IMG/VR virus record: IMGVR_UViG_3300036940_000389
DNA: 64,000 nt
DNA from: a virus
Reading direction: 5' to 3' (one strand)
In this document: piece by piece, positions 25,001-34,561 of the stretch
Layout: each line of letters opens with the position of its first letter
Numbering within the stretch: position 1 is the first letter of the stretch
The notes under the pieces: model-generated
The model's input: the letters and a program-made list of their open reading frames with translations, nothing else
The model's database searches: none
What the model was told of the DNA's origin: nothing
Translations under genes and position numbers: made by a program

Positions 25001-27019
25001 GTTGATAATACTATAAATAGTTATGATAAATTTCTTGAAAAAATCAAAAATTTGGGTCCAGAAGCGTCAAAATCTTTTAAAGAATTAACTGATGTGCAAA
25101 AAGCAGAGTTACAAGCGAATTTCGAAGAAGTAGAAAATGCTGGAAATAAGCTTAGGGAATTCTACGAGAGTATTTTTGAAATGCCCCTGGAAGAAGCCAA
25201 AAAAGAGCTTGATAAAAAGGAAATTTCAAGACTGCTTTCTGATTACGATGTTGATGTCACTTCCATAGATGAAGTATTTGATAAGATAAGAGAAGAACAA
25301 CGTAAAAAGCTTAACGAACTTTTTGAAGATTTATCGGATAAAGGAGAAGAAACAGACGTATATGAGCAGTGGGCGACTCAGATTTCAAATGCTCAGAAAA
25401 AAGCTTTACTTGAAGTCGAGAAGGGATCAAAAGAAGCACTACGTATTCGAAAAGAGTATGCTGAAAGAGAATTGCAAGTTGCTCAAAAAAGATTTGATGA
25501 AGATCCGTCTTCAGAAAGTCAAGCAAAGCTCTTGGATGCAAAAAAAGAATATGCTGATGCTGTTCTTGCTGTTGAAGAAAAGCTTACTGAAGATATTTTG
25601 GATGAGGTTGATAAAAGAATTGAATCAATAGAGAGAAAGCAGGAAAAAGCAGAAGTTGAAATTGAAAGTAAGGTGATTAGTGGTGACCTGACTGAGGCAG
25701 AAGCTGAAGTGCAGATAGCGAAAAATAATCTTGAGACACAAAAGGAGATAATAGAAGAAAGAAAAAGAGCAATTAGTCTTTTGAGAGAGGAAAAAGCTGA
25801 TGAAGAGAAAATAAACAAAGCTATAAATGAGAAAAAAGAAGTCGAGCTTGAAGCAAAAGAAGCTTCTAATGAATATAAAGAAGCAAAGCTTGATCAAATT
25901 AAAGCAGTAGCAGAAAGAGAAGAATCGCTTGCTGAACTTAGGCGTGAAACAGCACTTGCTGGAATTGAGGAAGAGAACGAAAGATTTAAAATTGTTGAAA
26001 GCAATCGTGTTGGTGTTGAATCATATCTTGAGAAAGAAAAGAAACTTGTTTACGAAGTCACAAAAGCAAAATTAGATGCTGAGAAAACGTATAGAAATCA
26101 AAGATTGCAAAGTCTTCAGAATCAACTAAAAGCACTTGAGAATTTTTATGGTGAGGAAACAGCAAAAGGACTGCTTGCGTATAAAGAATTAGAACAGGAA
26201 AAGATTCAGCTTGCAAGACAGTCTGCAACTAAGATTATGAGTCTTGAAAGGGAGTTGAATGAAGCAAGAATCCGTTCTCAGGGATCTACTTGGGATCAAA
26301 TGAAATTGGGAATTGATAAATTCTATACGGATTATCAATCCCAAGCAAAGGACATTGCTGATAATACACAAGATTTAGCAAAAACAATAAGTCAGGCTGG
26401 TGAAGAGGCATTTGCTTCTTGGATAATGGGCTCTGAAAACGCAAAAGAAGCATTCAAAGGTTTTGGAAGAGCAGTCCTTCAAGAAATGGCGAATATGCTT
26501 GCAAGCAGTGTTGTTAAGCAATTTATGGGTATGTTTGCTTCTTTGCTTGGTGGATCTGGTCCACAGATGGGAACCAGTACATCAGCTTTCGATATGTCTG
26601 GATTGATAAAGAGCTTTCATACTGGCGGAGTTGTTGGAATAGATGGTGAGAGAAAGAAATTGAGACTTGTTAATTCTTCCTTATTTGATGGAGCAAAGAA
26701 ATTGCATGATGGTCTCTCAAGTCTTTCGAGTGATGAATACCCAGCCATATTGCAGAAAGGAGAAGTTGTTTTTACACAAGGACAACTTGCTGCTTTGGGA
26801 GAAGTTTTTAAGAGCGCAACTGAAAATGAATCAAGAAAAGATTCTGCTCCAAATATAGAGATAAAGATTGAGAATAAATCCGGAGAGAATGTTGCTGCCA
26901 AACAGGGTGATTCTAAATTTGATGGTGATAAATGGGTTTTGAATGTTGTGCTTGATGCAGCAAACAGAAATAAAAACAATTTTGGAAAGAATCTCAAAGG
27001 ATCTCTTTCAAAAGCATAA
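22076..27019 (+). CDS. tape measure protein
   Basis: 1647 aa; TP901-type TKFSATEVAEG..LGQAG; coiled coils; C-terminal FHTGGVVG..EYPAILQKGEVV. Confidence 0.92.
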   Translation: MADRGLFIRIAGGVDPNTIKSMRNFAVSLSRIGAAARGLGNVTIGKGLDSTVAQIKRLDGSINKSIVSIISNVDRYKRSAQELSSIINSNTTRFRALSGATIKAGRAQQGISSGAIKADKALRGASLSARKYAENLNKLNAGNVGYISSTGRFVAATDRITDSTKKANKQLGVFGNAFEHINRRVKQFGAFVVAASVVHGFTNALAGGVRVMSQYDQGLKNLQAIIDITASQAEVLGDKIQDVSRRTKFSATEVAEGVQTLGQAGLTMQESMSAITGVARLATGTMSNFATVSDLVTTTLNAFNLAATDSARVADVFANAINNSKLSVDKLGTAFNYVGAAGNQAGLTLNEVSGTLMTLADNGLRASTMGTGLRRMMLKMIDASSDLASDLNTLGKNVDDINPKLAGWENSLENLVPLLWDARRETVDMGKAVEYFGTRAAQVAAVLIRNAADGSNALSKAIGQTREFGAAADMADTQIEGLSLSFKNLQDRIKLIAVALGEAGVTNALKALVDIAAVLASGIEALIKKFDEFGRAVAIMGTISALALGINKLLIPALGKVVSSFGGIASSAAAATTALGSFRAVVSSLVMSLNVWSIAISAFIYLVYRYANAHNKAAKAASKHAQELKSTGESVEEWGESLKDAFGTQDWENTVKRFEDIEVAGKNLSRMLEEELGYALEEVPYKGQQGFEDLEKAIKSVSTSQFEKQMEAAAKQIDEVIKSAGVMQTLAGTDIPESLQKSQREAGKFGKAMDWVAGAFAEFNKYAPMNYLQAASKWTVEALGPDKQEMLENYKDGVYNLTDALDSLAEARDWKITDAVEATQKAVETLEEKIDGDATPTVNRFISDMSSKWGDRAVREFEKVQNRVGNLGNLLRDEQITIDEFIERYSELEVGSVIPEGELKNIKSVDEALDLLWGTTQKLNIKKEELKEQVNLLFKGEKELEEVIRYVREKMNLSEKMTIELTQALLNLSAGVDNTINSYDKFLEKIKNLGPEASKSFKELTDVQKAELQANFEEVENAGNKLREFYESIFEMPLEEAKKELDKKEISRLLSDYDVDVTSIDEVFDKIREEQRKKLNELFEDLSDKGEETDVYEQWATQISNAQKKALLEVEKGSKEALRIRKEYAERELQVAQKRFDEDPSSESQAKLLDAKKEYADAVLAVEEKLTEDILDEVDKRIESIERKQEKAEVEIESKVISGDLTEAEAEVQIAKNNLETQKEIIEERKRAISLLREEKADEEKINKAINEKKEVELEAKEASNEYKEAKLDQIKAVAEREESLAELRRETALAGIEEENERFKIVESNRVGVESYLEKEKKLVYEVTKAKLDAEKTYRNQRLQSLQNQLKALENFYGEETAKGLLAYKELEQEKIQLARQSATKIMSLERELNEARIRSQGSTWDQMKLGIDKFYTDYQSQAKDIADNTQDLAKTISQAGEEAFASWIMGSENAKEAFKGFGRAVLQEMANMLASSVVKQFMGMFASLLGGSGPQMGTSTSAFDMSGLIKSFHTGGVVGIDGERKKLRLVNSSLFDGAKKLHDGLSSLSSDEYPAILQKGEVVFTQGQLAALGEVFKSATENESRKDSAPNIEIKIENKSGENVAAKQGDSKFDGDKWVLNVVLDAANRNKNNFGKNLKGSLSKA

Positions 27020-27033
27020 AATAGGAGAAGATT

Positions 27034-27399
27034 ATGGCTACAGTAGATTGGCCAAGTAATCTCAAAGAACCGTCATCTATAAATAGAAATATCACTAGCT
27101 TTAGATATAAGTCTGACTTCGAGCATGGATATGTTCAAGTAAGGAAAAAATTCACAAAAGCTAAAAGACGATGGAAACTTGCTTGGGGTGATAATGATGA
27201 GCACCATGTTCTTGATTCTGATGACGCTTTGTTACTAGAAGAGTTCTTTGAGGATCATTCTGGAGATTATGTGCTTTGGACAAATCCAAGAGATAATACA
27301 GAGTACACAGTTGTTTTTTCTGATGATGAGCTAGATATTGAGGAGATAAGACCCGGTTCTAATTATTATAGATGCTCGTTGACTTTAGAGGAGGTATAA
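27034..27399 (+). CDS. distal tail protein (lambda gpM-like)
   Basis: VDWP, FEHGYVQVRKK..RRWKLAW, follows TMP. Confidence 0.7.
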   Translation: MATVDWPSNLKEPSSINRNITSFRYKSDFEHGYVQVRKKFTKAKRRWKLAWGDNDEHHVLDSDDALLLEEFFEDHSGDYVLWTNPRDNTEYTVVFSDDELDIEEIRPGSNYYRCSLTLEEV

Positions 27400-27403
27400 A
27401 AAT

Positions 27404-28021
27404 ATGCCTTTAAGTATTAGTACGCAAGCCATACAAGAAAAAAACAAATTGGTTTCTAATCATGTATGGCTGCTTTTGTTAGAGATAATTTATACCGGTG
27501 AGACTCCCATAAGAGTTTGTTACAATACTGAAAATATCACTTGGGATGGAGAAACTTGGTATGCTTATCCATTTGAATTAGGAGATTTGTCTGAATCAAA
27601 AGAAGGCGAAATTCCAACTGTTTCTCTTGGTGTTTGGGATATTGATCGAAAAATAACGCCGATCATTGATCAGTATGATGGTGGCATAGGAGCTGAAGCT
27701 AATATTTACATTGTTCATTCTGATCATTTGGATTTGTCTGATCCTGAATTACATGAGCCATTTGAGATTATTGATGTGTCAATTGATCACATGAATAAAA
27801 TAAATTTCAATTTAGGAGCAGAAAATTTAACAAATTATCGTTCCCCACCTGATATATTTTTAAAAGGACATTGCAGATACAAAGAATTCAAAGGCCCATA
27901 TTGTAAATATTCTGGTTCTGAAGAAACATGTGATCGAACATTTATTCAGTGTAGAGAATACGGAAATCAAACTAATTTTGGTGGATTTCCTGGATTAGGC
28001 CAGATGGGGTTGATTGTATGA
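27404..28021 (+). CDS. tail tip protein (lambda gpL-like) with Cys cluster
   Basis: HCRY..GPYCKYSG..CDRTFIQC..NFGGFPG. Confidence 0.8.
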   Translation: MPLSISTQAIQEKNKLVSNHVWLLLLEIIYTGETPIRVCYNTENITWDGETWYAYPFELGDLSESKEGEIPTVSLGVWDIDRKITPIIDQYDGGIGAEANIYIVHSDHLDLSDPELHEPFEIIDVSIDHMNKINFNLGAENLTNYRSPPDIFLKGHCRYKEFKGPYCKYSGSEETCDRTFIQCREYGNQTNFGGFPGLGQMGLIV

Positions 28022-28416
28022 TAGATGTAAATGATCTGATAGGAAAACCATTCAGTGATGGTGGCAGGGGTCCTGACTCTTATGATTGCTTTGGATTAGT
28101 GAGAGAAGTCTACAGACGTTATGGAATTGAATTGGAAGACTATTCAATCAGTGCTTATGCTTGTGAGCAAATATCTAATGAAGTTGAAAAAGCAAAGCAA
28201 GATCCAAGATGGATAAAATTGGATACTCCAAAAATTCCTTGTGTAGTTCTTCTCAGAGGAGATACTTATTTTACACAGCACATAGGAATTTATATTGGAA
28301 ATGGCAAATTCCTTCATATTCGTAATTTTGGAGTATGCATTGAAAAATTATCTTCTCCTTTGTGGAGTGGAAGGGCTAATAGATTAAAGGGTTTTTATGA
28401 CTACATCGAACAATAA
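28018..28416 (+). CDS. NlpC/P60 tail tip protein (lambda gpK-like)
   Basis: GKPF..GRGPDSYDCFGLV; HIGIYIGNGKFLH. Confidence 0.85.
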   Translation: MIDVNDLIGKPFSDGGRGPDSYDCFGLVREVYRRYGIELEDYSISAYACEQISNEVEKAKQDPRWIKLDTPKIPCVVLLRGDTYFTQHIGIYIGNGKFLHIRNFGVCIEKLSSPLWSGRANRLKGFYDYIEQ

Positions 28417-31400
28417 AATAAAATTTCATTTCATACGAAATCCCCTGCAATCTGATATTAGAGAAACGTGGGAAGTTGATTACGTTGAAGGAAAGTCATT
28501 ATCTGAATACGTAGGCAATTTGATTGTTCTGCGGGGTACAAAACTTGTTGCTGCTATTGATGGTATTGTAATCGAAGGATTATGGGATGATGTATATCCT
28601 AAAGCAGGATCAATAGTAGCTATATCTGCTGAAGTGGAGTGGGGAATTGCAGGCGCTGTTGCTGCATGGGCTGCTTCTTTGACTACCACTGCTACTGTTA
28701 CAGGTTTCACTTCTGCTTTAGCAGCCGGTGCTTTAACTGCTGCTGTTTATGGGGCTACATATATAGTAACCTCCCTTGTTATTGGCATGGGCATGAATAT
28801 GCTTGCTAATGCTTTAGGAGGGCAAGATGCTCCTTCTGGAATTGATGGTGGAGAAGACTCTCCTACATATAGTTGGGGAATGCTTCAACCAAGTGAAAAT
28901 GAAGGAAGTCCCATACCGATAATTTTTGGTACTCATAAAATTGCTGGACATATAATTAATAAATTTACAACTACTAATGATAATAAGGAATATTTGAATG
29001 TTCTCTTAGCTGTAGCAGATCATGAGGTTGAAGGAATTTCAGATATTCGTATAAATGATCAACCATTCAATAATTTTAAGAAGGTTTCCGCTTATACAAG
29101 AATGGGAACAACAACTGATGAGCCTATTGATGAATTCAGTGAAGTTGTTTTACAAAGGGCTCCAGGAATTCTTTTATCTAATGGTGAGGCTGCGGTTTTA
29201 GAAACTGAAGGAAATACTGTTGATAAACTTGTTGTTGTATTAAAAGCCCCATACGGAATGTATGAACTTACTGATAGTGGTGACAAGATATCAGTGTCAG
29301 CCTCCTTTGAGATTTCTTATAGAGTGAATGGAGAATCATCCTGGACTATTTTTACTGAGAAGACTCTTGAGAGCGATCAGACTACAGCAATAATGGAAAG
29401 TGTTACCATTGATGGTTTGTCTCCAGAAAAATATGATGTTCGTGTCATGCGTACATCGGAAGATCATACTGATGATTATAAAAAAGAATCAAGAGTTCAT
29501 TGGGAAGGATTTAAAGAAATAGTTGATGAAAAATTGTCTTATCCTGGAGTAGCTAAATATGCAATAAAAGCACTGGCTACTGATCAATTATCTGGTGGAA
29601 TGCCCTCACTAACATGTGTTGTTCAAAGAAACAATGTGACAGTAGAAGATAAAAATGGAAATGGAATTTTAGTAGATACAAGAAATCCTGCTTGGGCTGC
29701 ATATGCCCTTTTAAATGTACACCATAAAATAAATTATTCTAGGTTATTGTATGATGAATTTGTTGAATGGGCTACTCATTGTGAATCTTTAGAACCTGAA
29801 GGTGAGCAATCAAAATTCAGTATTGTTTTAGATAAGCAATCAACTGTTTGGGAAAGTGTACAGAGAATAGCATCTTTTGGAAGAGGTGTTATTGTTAGAA
29901 GAGGATCAAAGTACGGTGTATTTATTGATAAGCCAGAAGATAATGTTTCTCATGTTTTCACTATGGGGAATATTGTCAGAGATACTTTCCAATTACAGTA
30001 CCTTCCTAAGAAAGACAGAGCAAATGCTGTAGAGGTCACATATTTAGATCCTGATAAAGATTACACGAATCAGATAGCTTTTGTGTATTCTGAAGAATAT
30101 CAAAGATCAGAAGAAATTCCAAAAAAGACAAATATCAAATTCAATGCATGTATTAGCTATGACAGAGCTGTGAGAGAAGCAATTTATTTATTGAATTCCA
30201 ATAAATATCTGATCAGAACAATTGAATTTGAGGCTGCTGTTGATTCTTTTGCTTGTGTTGTTGGTGATTTGATTTATTTTCAACATGAAGTTCCAAATTA
30301 TCAAGATTCTATAAGTGGTAGGATTTTAGAAGCAACCAGCAATAGTGTGAAAATCGATCATCCTTTTGATTTTAAATTTGGGGTTACTTACAATCTTCTC
30401 CTTAGATTGTCTGATGACACAATTGTTGAAAAAACAGTGTCTTCCGATACACAAGGAAACACTGATGAAGTTCAGTTGACTTCAAGTTTTAGCGAAATTC
30501 CTGAACCATATGATGTTTTTATAATAGGAGAAACAGGAACAGTTAAAAAACCCTATAGAATCACGAATATTACAAGATCACAAGATCAAACAAGACGTAT
30601 TACATGTATAGAATATAATGAGAATATTTATGATACTGAAGGTGGTCCAGGCTATTGGGAACCAGAATTACCAGGTGAGCAAGAGGCTACGGGCGTAACG
30701 GTGAGTGAATTTTTAACGTATGCGAAATCAGGAGATTATCAAAGTAAGCTTTCTGTGTCTTGGTATCCTATGAATGATAATTTAGGATCACAATGGGATA
30801 TTTGGATTGAGGATATTACGACAGAAGAGGATTTGGAAGATACTGGATTTTCAAGTTCAGGTGAAACGGGTAGTGGTTCTATTCAAAAATGTGGAACAAC
30901 CACTCAATTATCTTTTATCATAGGATCAGATTATCTTGATTTATATCATGTTTATCGGATTTATGTGTCTCCTTATGATAAAGGCGCAATTGATACAGGC
31001 AGCAATACAGACACAATACAAGTCCTTGGAAAATTAGCTCCTCCAAATGATGTTTCTGTTTTTCAAGCTACATATAATGAAGAATATCGCACAATTTCAT
31101 TTGCCTGGTCTCAAGTATCAAATTTAGATTTGAGTCATTATGAAATAAGAACTGGTGCTGATTGGGAATCTGGAGTTGTAGTAATAGAAAACGCTACTGG
31201 TAGTGGAGATAGTATAGATGTATCAGATGAAATGGAAGGTGAATATACATATTGGATAAAAGCTGTAAATACTTCAGGAATAAAATCTGAAAATGCAATC
31301 AGTTCTTCAGTAATTGTTGAGCCATCTTCTGAAACAGATTTACCAGTTCCTACTGGATTATCACTTGAAACATGGACCGAAGTTGTTGATGGAGATGTCG

Positions 31401-33343
31401 TTTGTATAATTAAAGCAGTATGGGATTCAAATGCTGAAAGTCATCCCAATTTCCAACAATATGAAATTTATCTTGAAAAAGGAGCAAATGGTCCTTTTTC
31501 TCAAAGATCAAATTATTTTACAGATGAAAGTAATTATCAATGGAATGGTGTTGAAGTAGGAACTGAGTACGGTGTGACTGTCAGAGCAATAGATATAAAT
31601 AATATCCCTACTAATTTTAGTGAATATGTGACTATTGTTGGTGCTGAGAATTCTGAACCTCCTCCAGCTCCTAGTTGGGATGCACTCGCTTTAGTTCCTG
31701 GCTTTAAGGTCATGGGAATTAAGTGGGAAAAATCTGAAATGAGTGATGTTGATCGCTATGAATTACAAAGATCAGGTACAGGAGATTTTTCAGGAGAAGA
31801 AACTACTGTAGGAACTTTTTATGCCCATCATACTGTTGATACTGATTTAGAAGCAGATAAAGAATATTTTTATAGAATACGAGCAATAAATACAAGCGGG
31901 TTAAAATCAGATTGGTCAAGTATTGAGAGTGCTACAACTTTAGCTGTAGGAACTGAGGATATAGCTTATAATGCTGTAAGAGCAAAACATATAGATGTTG
32001 ATTATTTATCAGCTATAAATAGTGAAATGGGAGTTATTACTGCTGGTTATATTTTATCTCAGAATTTTGCAGAACAAGATGGAGTAGAAATAGATGGTAA
32101 TAATGTTGATTTATCTGGAATAGGAGATTTAGAACTAGCTGATATTGAAGGTGTTTATTTTGATTTAAATAACGGAATATTTTTTATAGGAAATAATTCT
32201 CCCCAAAGCAGCAATTATTTTTATTATGATGGTTTAGAATTACATGTAAATGGCATTATCAACTCCTGGAATGGTGGTGATGGCACTTTAATAGATGGTG
32301 GTGCTATTTATCCTGGAAGTCATATACAGATTGGAAATGAAGACGGTCAATCAGATTATTGTATTATGGACAGTGGTAATTTGGAATTTTATCGTTATTT
32401 TCCAGATGGGCAGCATAGAAGAGTGCGTTGTGTACGAAGAATTGAATTTGGAACAGGTGAGCATAAAGAAAATGTACGTATTCCTGGATACTGGGCTGTT
32501 AAACCGATTATTCAAGTATGGCCGAAGAGAGTTCCTTTATTTGCTGCGAGTTTTCAAAATAATTCTCAAGAATTAATTTGTGAAGTTAAAGATATTGATT
32601 ATGATCCTAATACAGGCATATGTCATTTTACTCCTTATGTGTATGCTACTGTTGATGAAAGTGCGCTTGATGATGAGGGAGAAGAAATTTCTCCAGGTAA
32701 AATATATGTGAATAAGGATTTTTATCATTTAGAAGAAGAAGATGAGGATATTGGATGGATTGACAGTTCAAGACATAAACGAGAAACTTGGATAACAGAT
32801 TCTGTATCAATTACAAAAGGATATGAAAAAATAAAAATATATGGTGGTGTGATGTGTACTTGGACAGAGGAAGAGATATGGGGGGAGGGTAATGTAAAAG
32901 AAGTTACAAAATCGGTAGAAGCTACAATATCTGCTGTCATTGATGATGAAACAGAAGTTACACTTCTTATTACTTCTGATAATGAGGATTTTGAGGGAGA
33001 AGTTTCTTTAGAAGCTGATGAAGGTCACGTTGTTTATTTAAAAGCAATAATGGATTTATTTATTCATTCGTATTATAATGAGTTTTCTGGAGAGTTTAAT
33101 GCTTACGAATTATCGCTAGGTGATGTTCAGCCTGGAGAAGAAGGTGAAGATGGTTTAATCGAAATTGCATCTGGTGTTGTCACCTACATGGCTATGGAAA
33201 TTGAAGGTGAAGCAGTTGGAGAAGGAGATATTGTTTGTCAGGAATACACTCCACCTACATATTTGGAATTTAATTTTACTGATTCTACGTATTCAACTCC
33301 TTCAAATGGTGCAAATATTGAGATGTGTATTGATTATAAGTAG
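28397..33343 (+). CDS. tail tip/central fibre protein (lambda gpI+gpJ-like) with FN3 repeats
   Basis: GSPIPIIFG, LSYPGVA, RNPAWAAY, RANAVEVTYLDP, KLAPPNDV, several FN3-like units. Confidence 0.88.
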   Translation: MTTSNNKIKFHFIRNPLQSDIRETWEVDYVEGKSLSEYVGNLIVLRGTKLVAAIDGIVIEGLWDDVYPKAGSIVAISAEVEWGIAGAVAAWAASLTTTATVTGFTSALAAGALTAAVYGATYIVTSLVIGMGMNMLANALGGQDAPSGIDGGEDSPTYSWGMLQPSENEGSPIPIIFGTHKIAGHIINKFTTTNDNKEYLNVLLAVADHEVEGISDIRINDQPFNNFKKVSAYTRMGTTTDEPIDEFSEVVLQRAPGILLSNGEAAVLETEGNTVDKLVVVLKAPYGMYELTDSGDKISVSASFEISYRVNGESSWTIFTEKTLESDQTTAIMESVTIDGLSPEKYDVRVMRTSEDHTDDYKKESRVHWEGFKEIVDEKLSYPGVAKYAIKALATDQLSGGMPSLTCVVQRNNVTVEDKNGNGILVDTRNPAWAAYALLNVHHKINYSRLLYDEFVEWATHCESLEPEGEQSKFSIVLDKQSTVWESVQRIASFGRGVIVRRGSKYGVFIDKPEDNVSHVFTMGNIVRDTFQLQYLPKKDRANAVEVTYLDPDKDYTNQIAFVYSEEYQRSEEIPKKTNIKFNACISYDRAVREAIYLLNSNKYLIRTIEFEAAVDSFACVVGDLIYFQHEVPNYQDSISGRILEATSNSVKIDHPFDFKFGVTYNLLLRLSDDTIVEKTVSSDTQGNTDEVQLTSSFSEIPEPYDVFIIGETGTVKKPYRITNITRSQDQTRRITCIEYNENIYDTEGGPGYWEPELPGEQEATGVTVSEFLTYAKSGDYQSKLSVSWYPMNDNLGSQWDIWIEDITTEEDLEDTGFSSSGETGSGSIQKCGTTTQLSFIIGSDYLDLYHVYRIYVSPYDKGAIDTGSNTDTIQVLGKLAPPNDVSVFQATYNEEYRTISFAWSQVSNLDLSHYEIRTGADWESGVVVIENATGSGDSIDVSDEMEGEYTYWIKAVNTSGIKSENAISSSVIVEPSSETDLPVPTGLSLETWTEVVDGDVVCIIKAVWDSNAESHPNFQQYEIYLEKGANGPFSQRSNYFTDESNYQWNGVEVGTEYGVTVRAIDINNIPTNFSEYVTIVGAENSEPPPAPSWDALALVPGFKVMGIKWEKSEMSDVDRYELQRSGTGDFSGEETTVGTFYAHHTVDTDLEADKEYFYRIRAINTSGLKSDWSSIESATTLAVGTEDIAYNAVRAKHIDVDYLSAINSEMGVITAGYILSQNFAEQDGVEIDGNNVDLSGIGDLELADIEGVYFDLNNGIFFIGNNSPQSSNYFYYDGLELHVNGIINSWNGGDGTLIDGGAIYPGSHIQIGNEDGQSDYCIMDSGNLEFYRYFPDGQHRRVRCVRRIEFGTGEHKENVRIPGYWAVKPIIQVWPKRVPLFAASFQNNSQELICEVKDIDYDPNTGICHFTPYVYATVDESALDDEGEEISPGKIYVNKDFYHLEEEDEDIGWIDSSRHKRETWITDSVSITKGYEKIKIYGGVMCTWTEEEIWGEGNVKEVTKSVEATISAVIDDETEVTLLITSDNEDFEGEVSLEADEGHVVYLKAIMDLFIHSYYNEFSGEFNAYELSLGDVQPGEEGEDGLIEIASGVVTYMAMEIEGEAVGEGDIVCQEYTPPTYLEFNFTDSTYSTPSNGANIEMCIDYK

Positions 33344-33351
33344 GAGAAATT

Positions 33352-33555
33352 ATGAATTTCACTGTGAATGAACTTTTACAAAGATTGGGATATAGAGATT
33401 TAGAAGTGCAATCTTTGCGTATATCCTTATCTGAAAAAGATAAAGAAATTGAAAATTTGAAAAATACAATAAGTCTTTTACAGTCAAAAGTTGATGAAAA
33501 AATAAAGAATGATTTAGGAATTGATCATAATGTGAAGGAAGCTAAAAATGAGTAA
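33352..33555 (+). CDS. small coiled-coil protein
   Basis: 67 aa, AGGAGA SD. Confidence 0.65.
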   Translation: MNFTVNELLQRLGYRDLEVQSLRISLSEKDKEIENLKNTISLLQSKVDEKIKNDLGIDHNVKEAKNE

Positions 33556-33874
33556 TTTCTATTATAAAAGAAAAATATTAGGATCAAGTGGTTCGTTAGT
33601 GTCTATAAAAGGATACTATCTTAATGAGGATGATTATGCTATGATCATCACAGATGATGGGGTGTATTTTTATAGATTAGTTGACTATACAGGGAGATTC
33701 ATTCCAGATGATTCTTATCCTGATAGAGTCTCTCCTATCAGTTCAGCACAAGGAAAAAAGTGGGAGAGAATTTCTTCTGAACCACAAATATTAGGTGGCA
33801 AAGGACTCAGAGAAGATCCACCAAATACTCCAAATGATTCTTTTTCTATATGGCTAACAAATAATATAAGCTAG
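33548..33874 (+). CDS. tail-region protein (paralogue of 33885-34304)
   Basis: G..L..DD.A+++TDDGVYFYRL..P..+SP..KKW. Confidence 0.7.
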   Translation: MSNFYYKRKILGSSGSLVSIKGYYLNEDDYAMIITDDGVYFYRLVDYTGRFIPDDSYPDRVSPISSAQGKKWERISSEPQILGGKGLREDPPNTPNDSFSIWLTNNIS

Positions 33875-33884
33875 GGAGAAGCAT

Positions 33885-34304
33885 ATGCTTTATGTTAAAG
33901 GTGCTGTGACTGAGGGATCAGATGCATTAGATAAAGTCGATGGAGGGTCACTTACAAGCAAAGATAGAGCTATTGTAATGACTCCAGACAAAGTATATTT
34001 CTATAGATTAGACGTTGATAATAATCAAGAAGAAGATTCACCAAATGTGATAAAACCTGATACAGGTGGAACTGGTAAAAGATGGTTACTTGTCAGTGAC
34101 ATGTCACAAAAAATATATGACAATGTGCTTGTCGGAAACGCATTATCTTATGATCCTCCTGATCCGCCTCCTGGGGGTGGTGGGTATGTGATTTGGCAAA
34201 GTGATGGGACAGAATCAGGAGATGATGGTGATATAATGATAAAAATAACGAATACAGATGGCGTGACCAAAATGTACACTTTAGTCGATTTTTCAGAAAT
34301 ATAG
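33885..34304 (+). CDS. tail-region protein (paralogue of 33548-33874)
   Basis: GGSLTSKDRAIVMTPDKVYFYRL..DSPNVIKP..GKRW. Confidence 0.75.
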   Translation: MLYVKGAVTEGSDALDKVDGGSLTSKDRAIVMTPDKVYFYRLDVDNNQEEDSPNVIKPDTGGTGKRWLLVSDMSQKIYDNVLVGNALSYDPPDPPPGGGGYVIWQSDGTESGDDGDIMIKITNTDGVTKMYTLVDFSEI

Positions 34305-34318
34305 TTGGGGGGGAATTT

Positions 34319-34549
34319 ATGGACACCACAATTACTGCTACAATTAGAAAAGGCGGAGAAGAGGTTTCTCGAACAGTGAATTTTCATAAAAGAAGTACAG
34401 GAGAGCTTATAGCTACTGCTGAAAGTGACGGTGACGGATATTTGAGTTGTGAGATTCCTGAAGATGATGAGTATTATGTAGTGATTTTGGATGATTTAGA
34501 AGCTCAACCTTTTGTGAATGCAACTGCTCTTGATCACGTAAGCACGTAA
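34319..34549 (+). CDS. small beta-sandwich tail-region protein (paralogue of the 34562 N-terminus)
   Basis: HKRSTGELIATAESDGDG..YYVV. Confidence 0.65.
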   Translation: MDTTITATIRKGGEEVSRTVNFHKRSTGELIATAESDGDGYLSCEIPEDDEYYVVILDDLEAQPFVNATALDHVST

Positions 34550-34561
34550 AGGATTTTTATT

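Noticed and set aside
22234-26997. Long antisense ORFs opposite TMP (also opposite capsid, nrdJ and SSB)
   Set aside because: Shadow ORFs produced by codon bias of the real genes; no SD or recognisable motifs.
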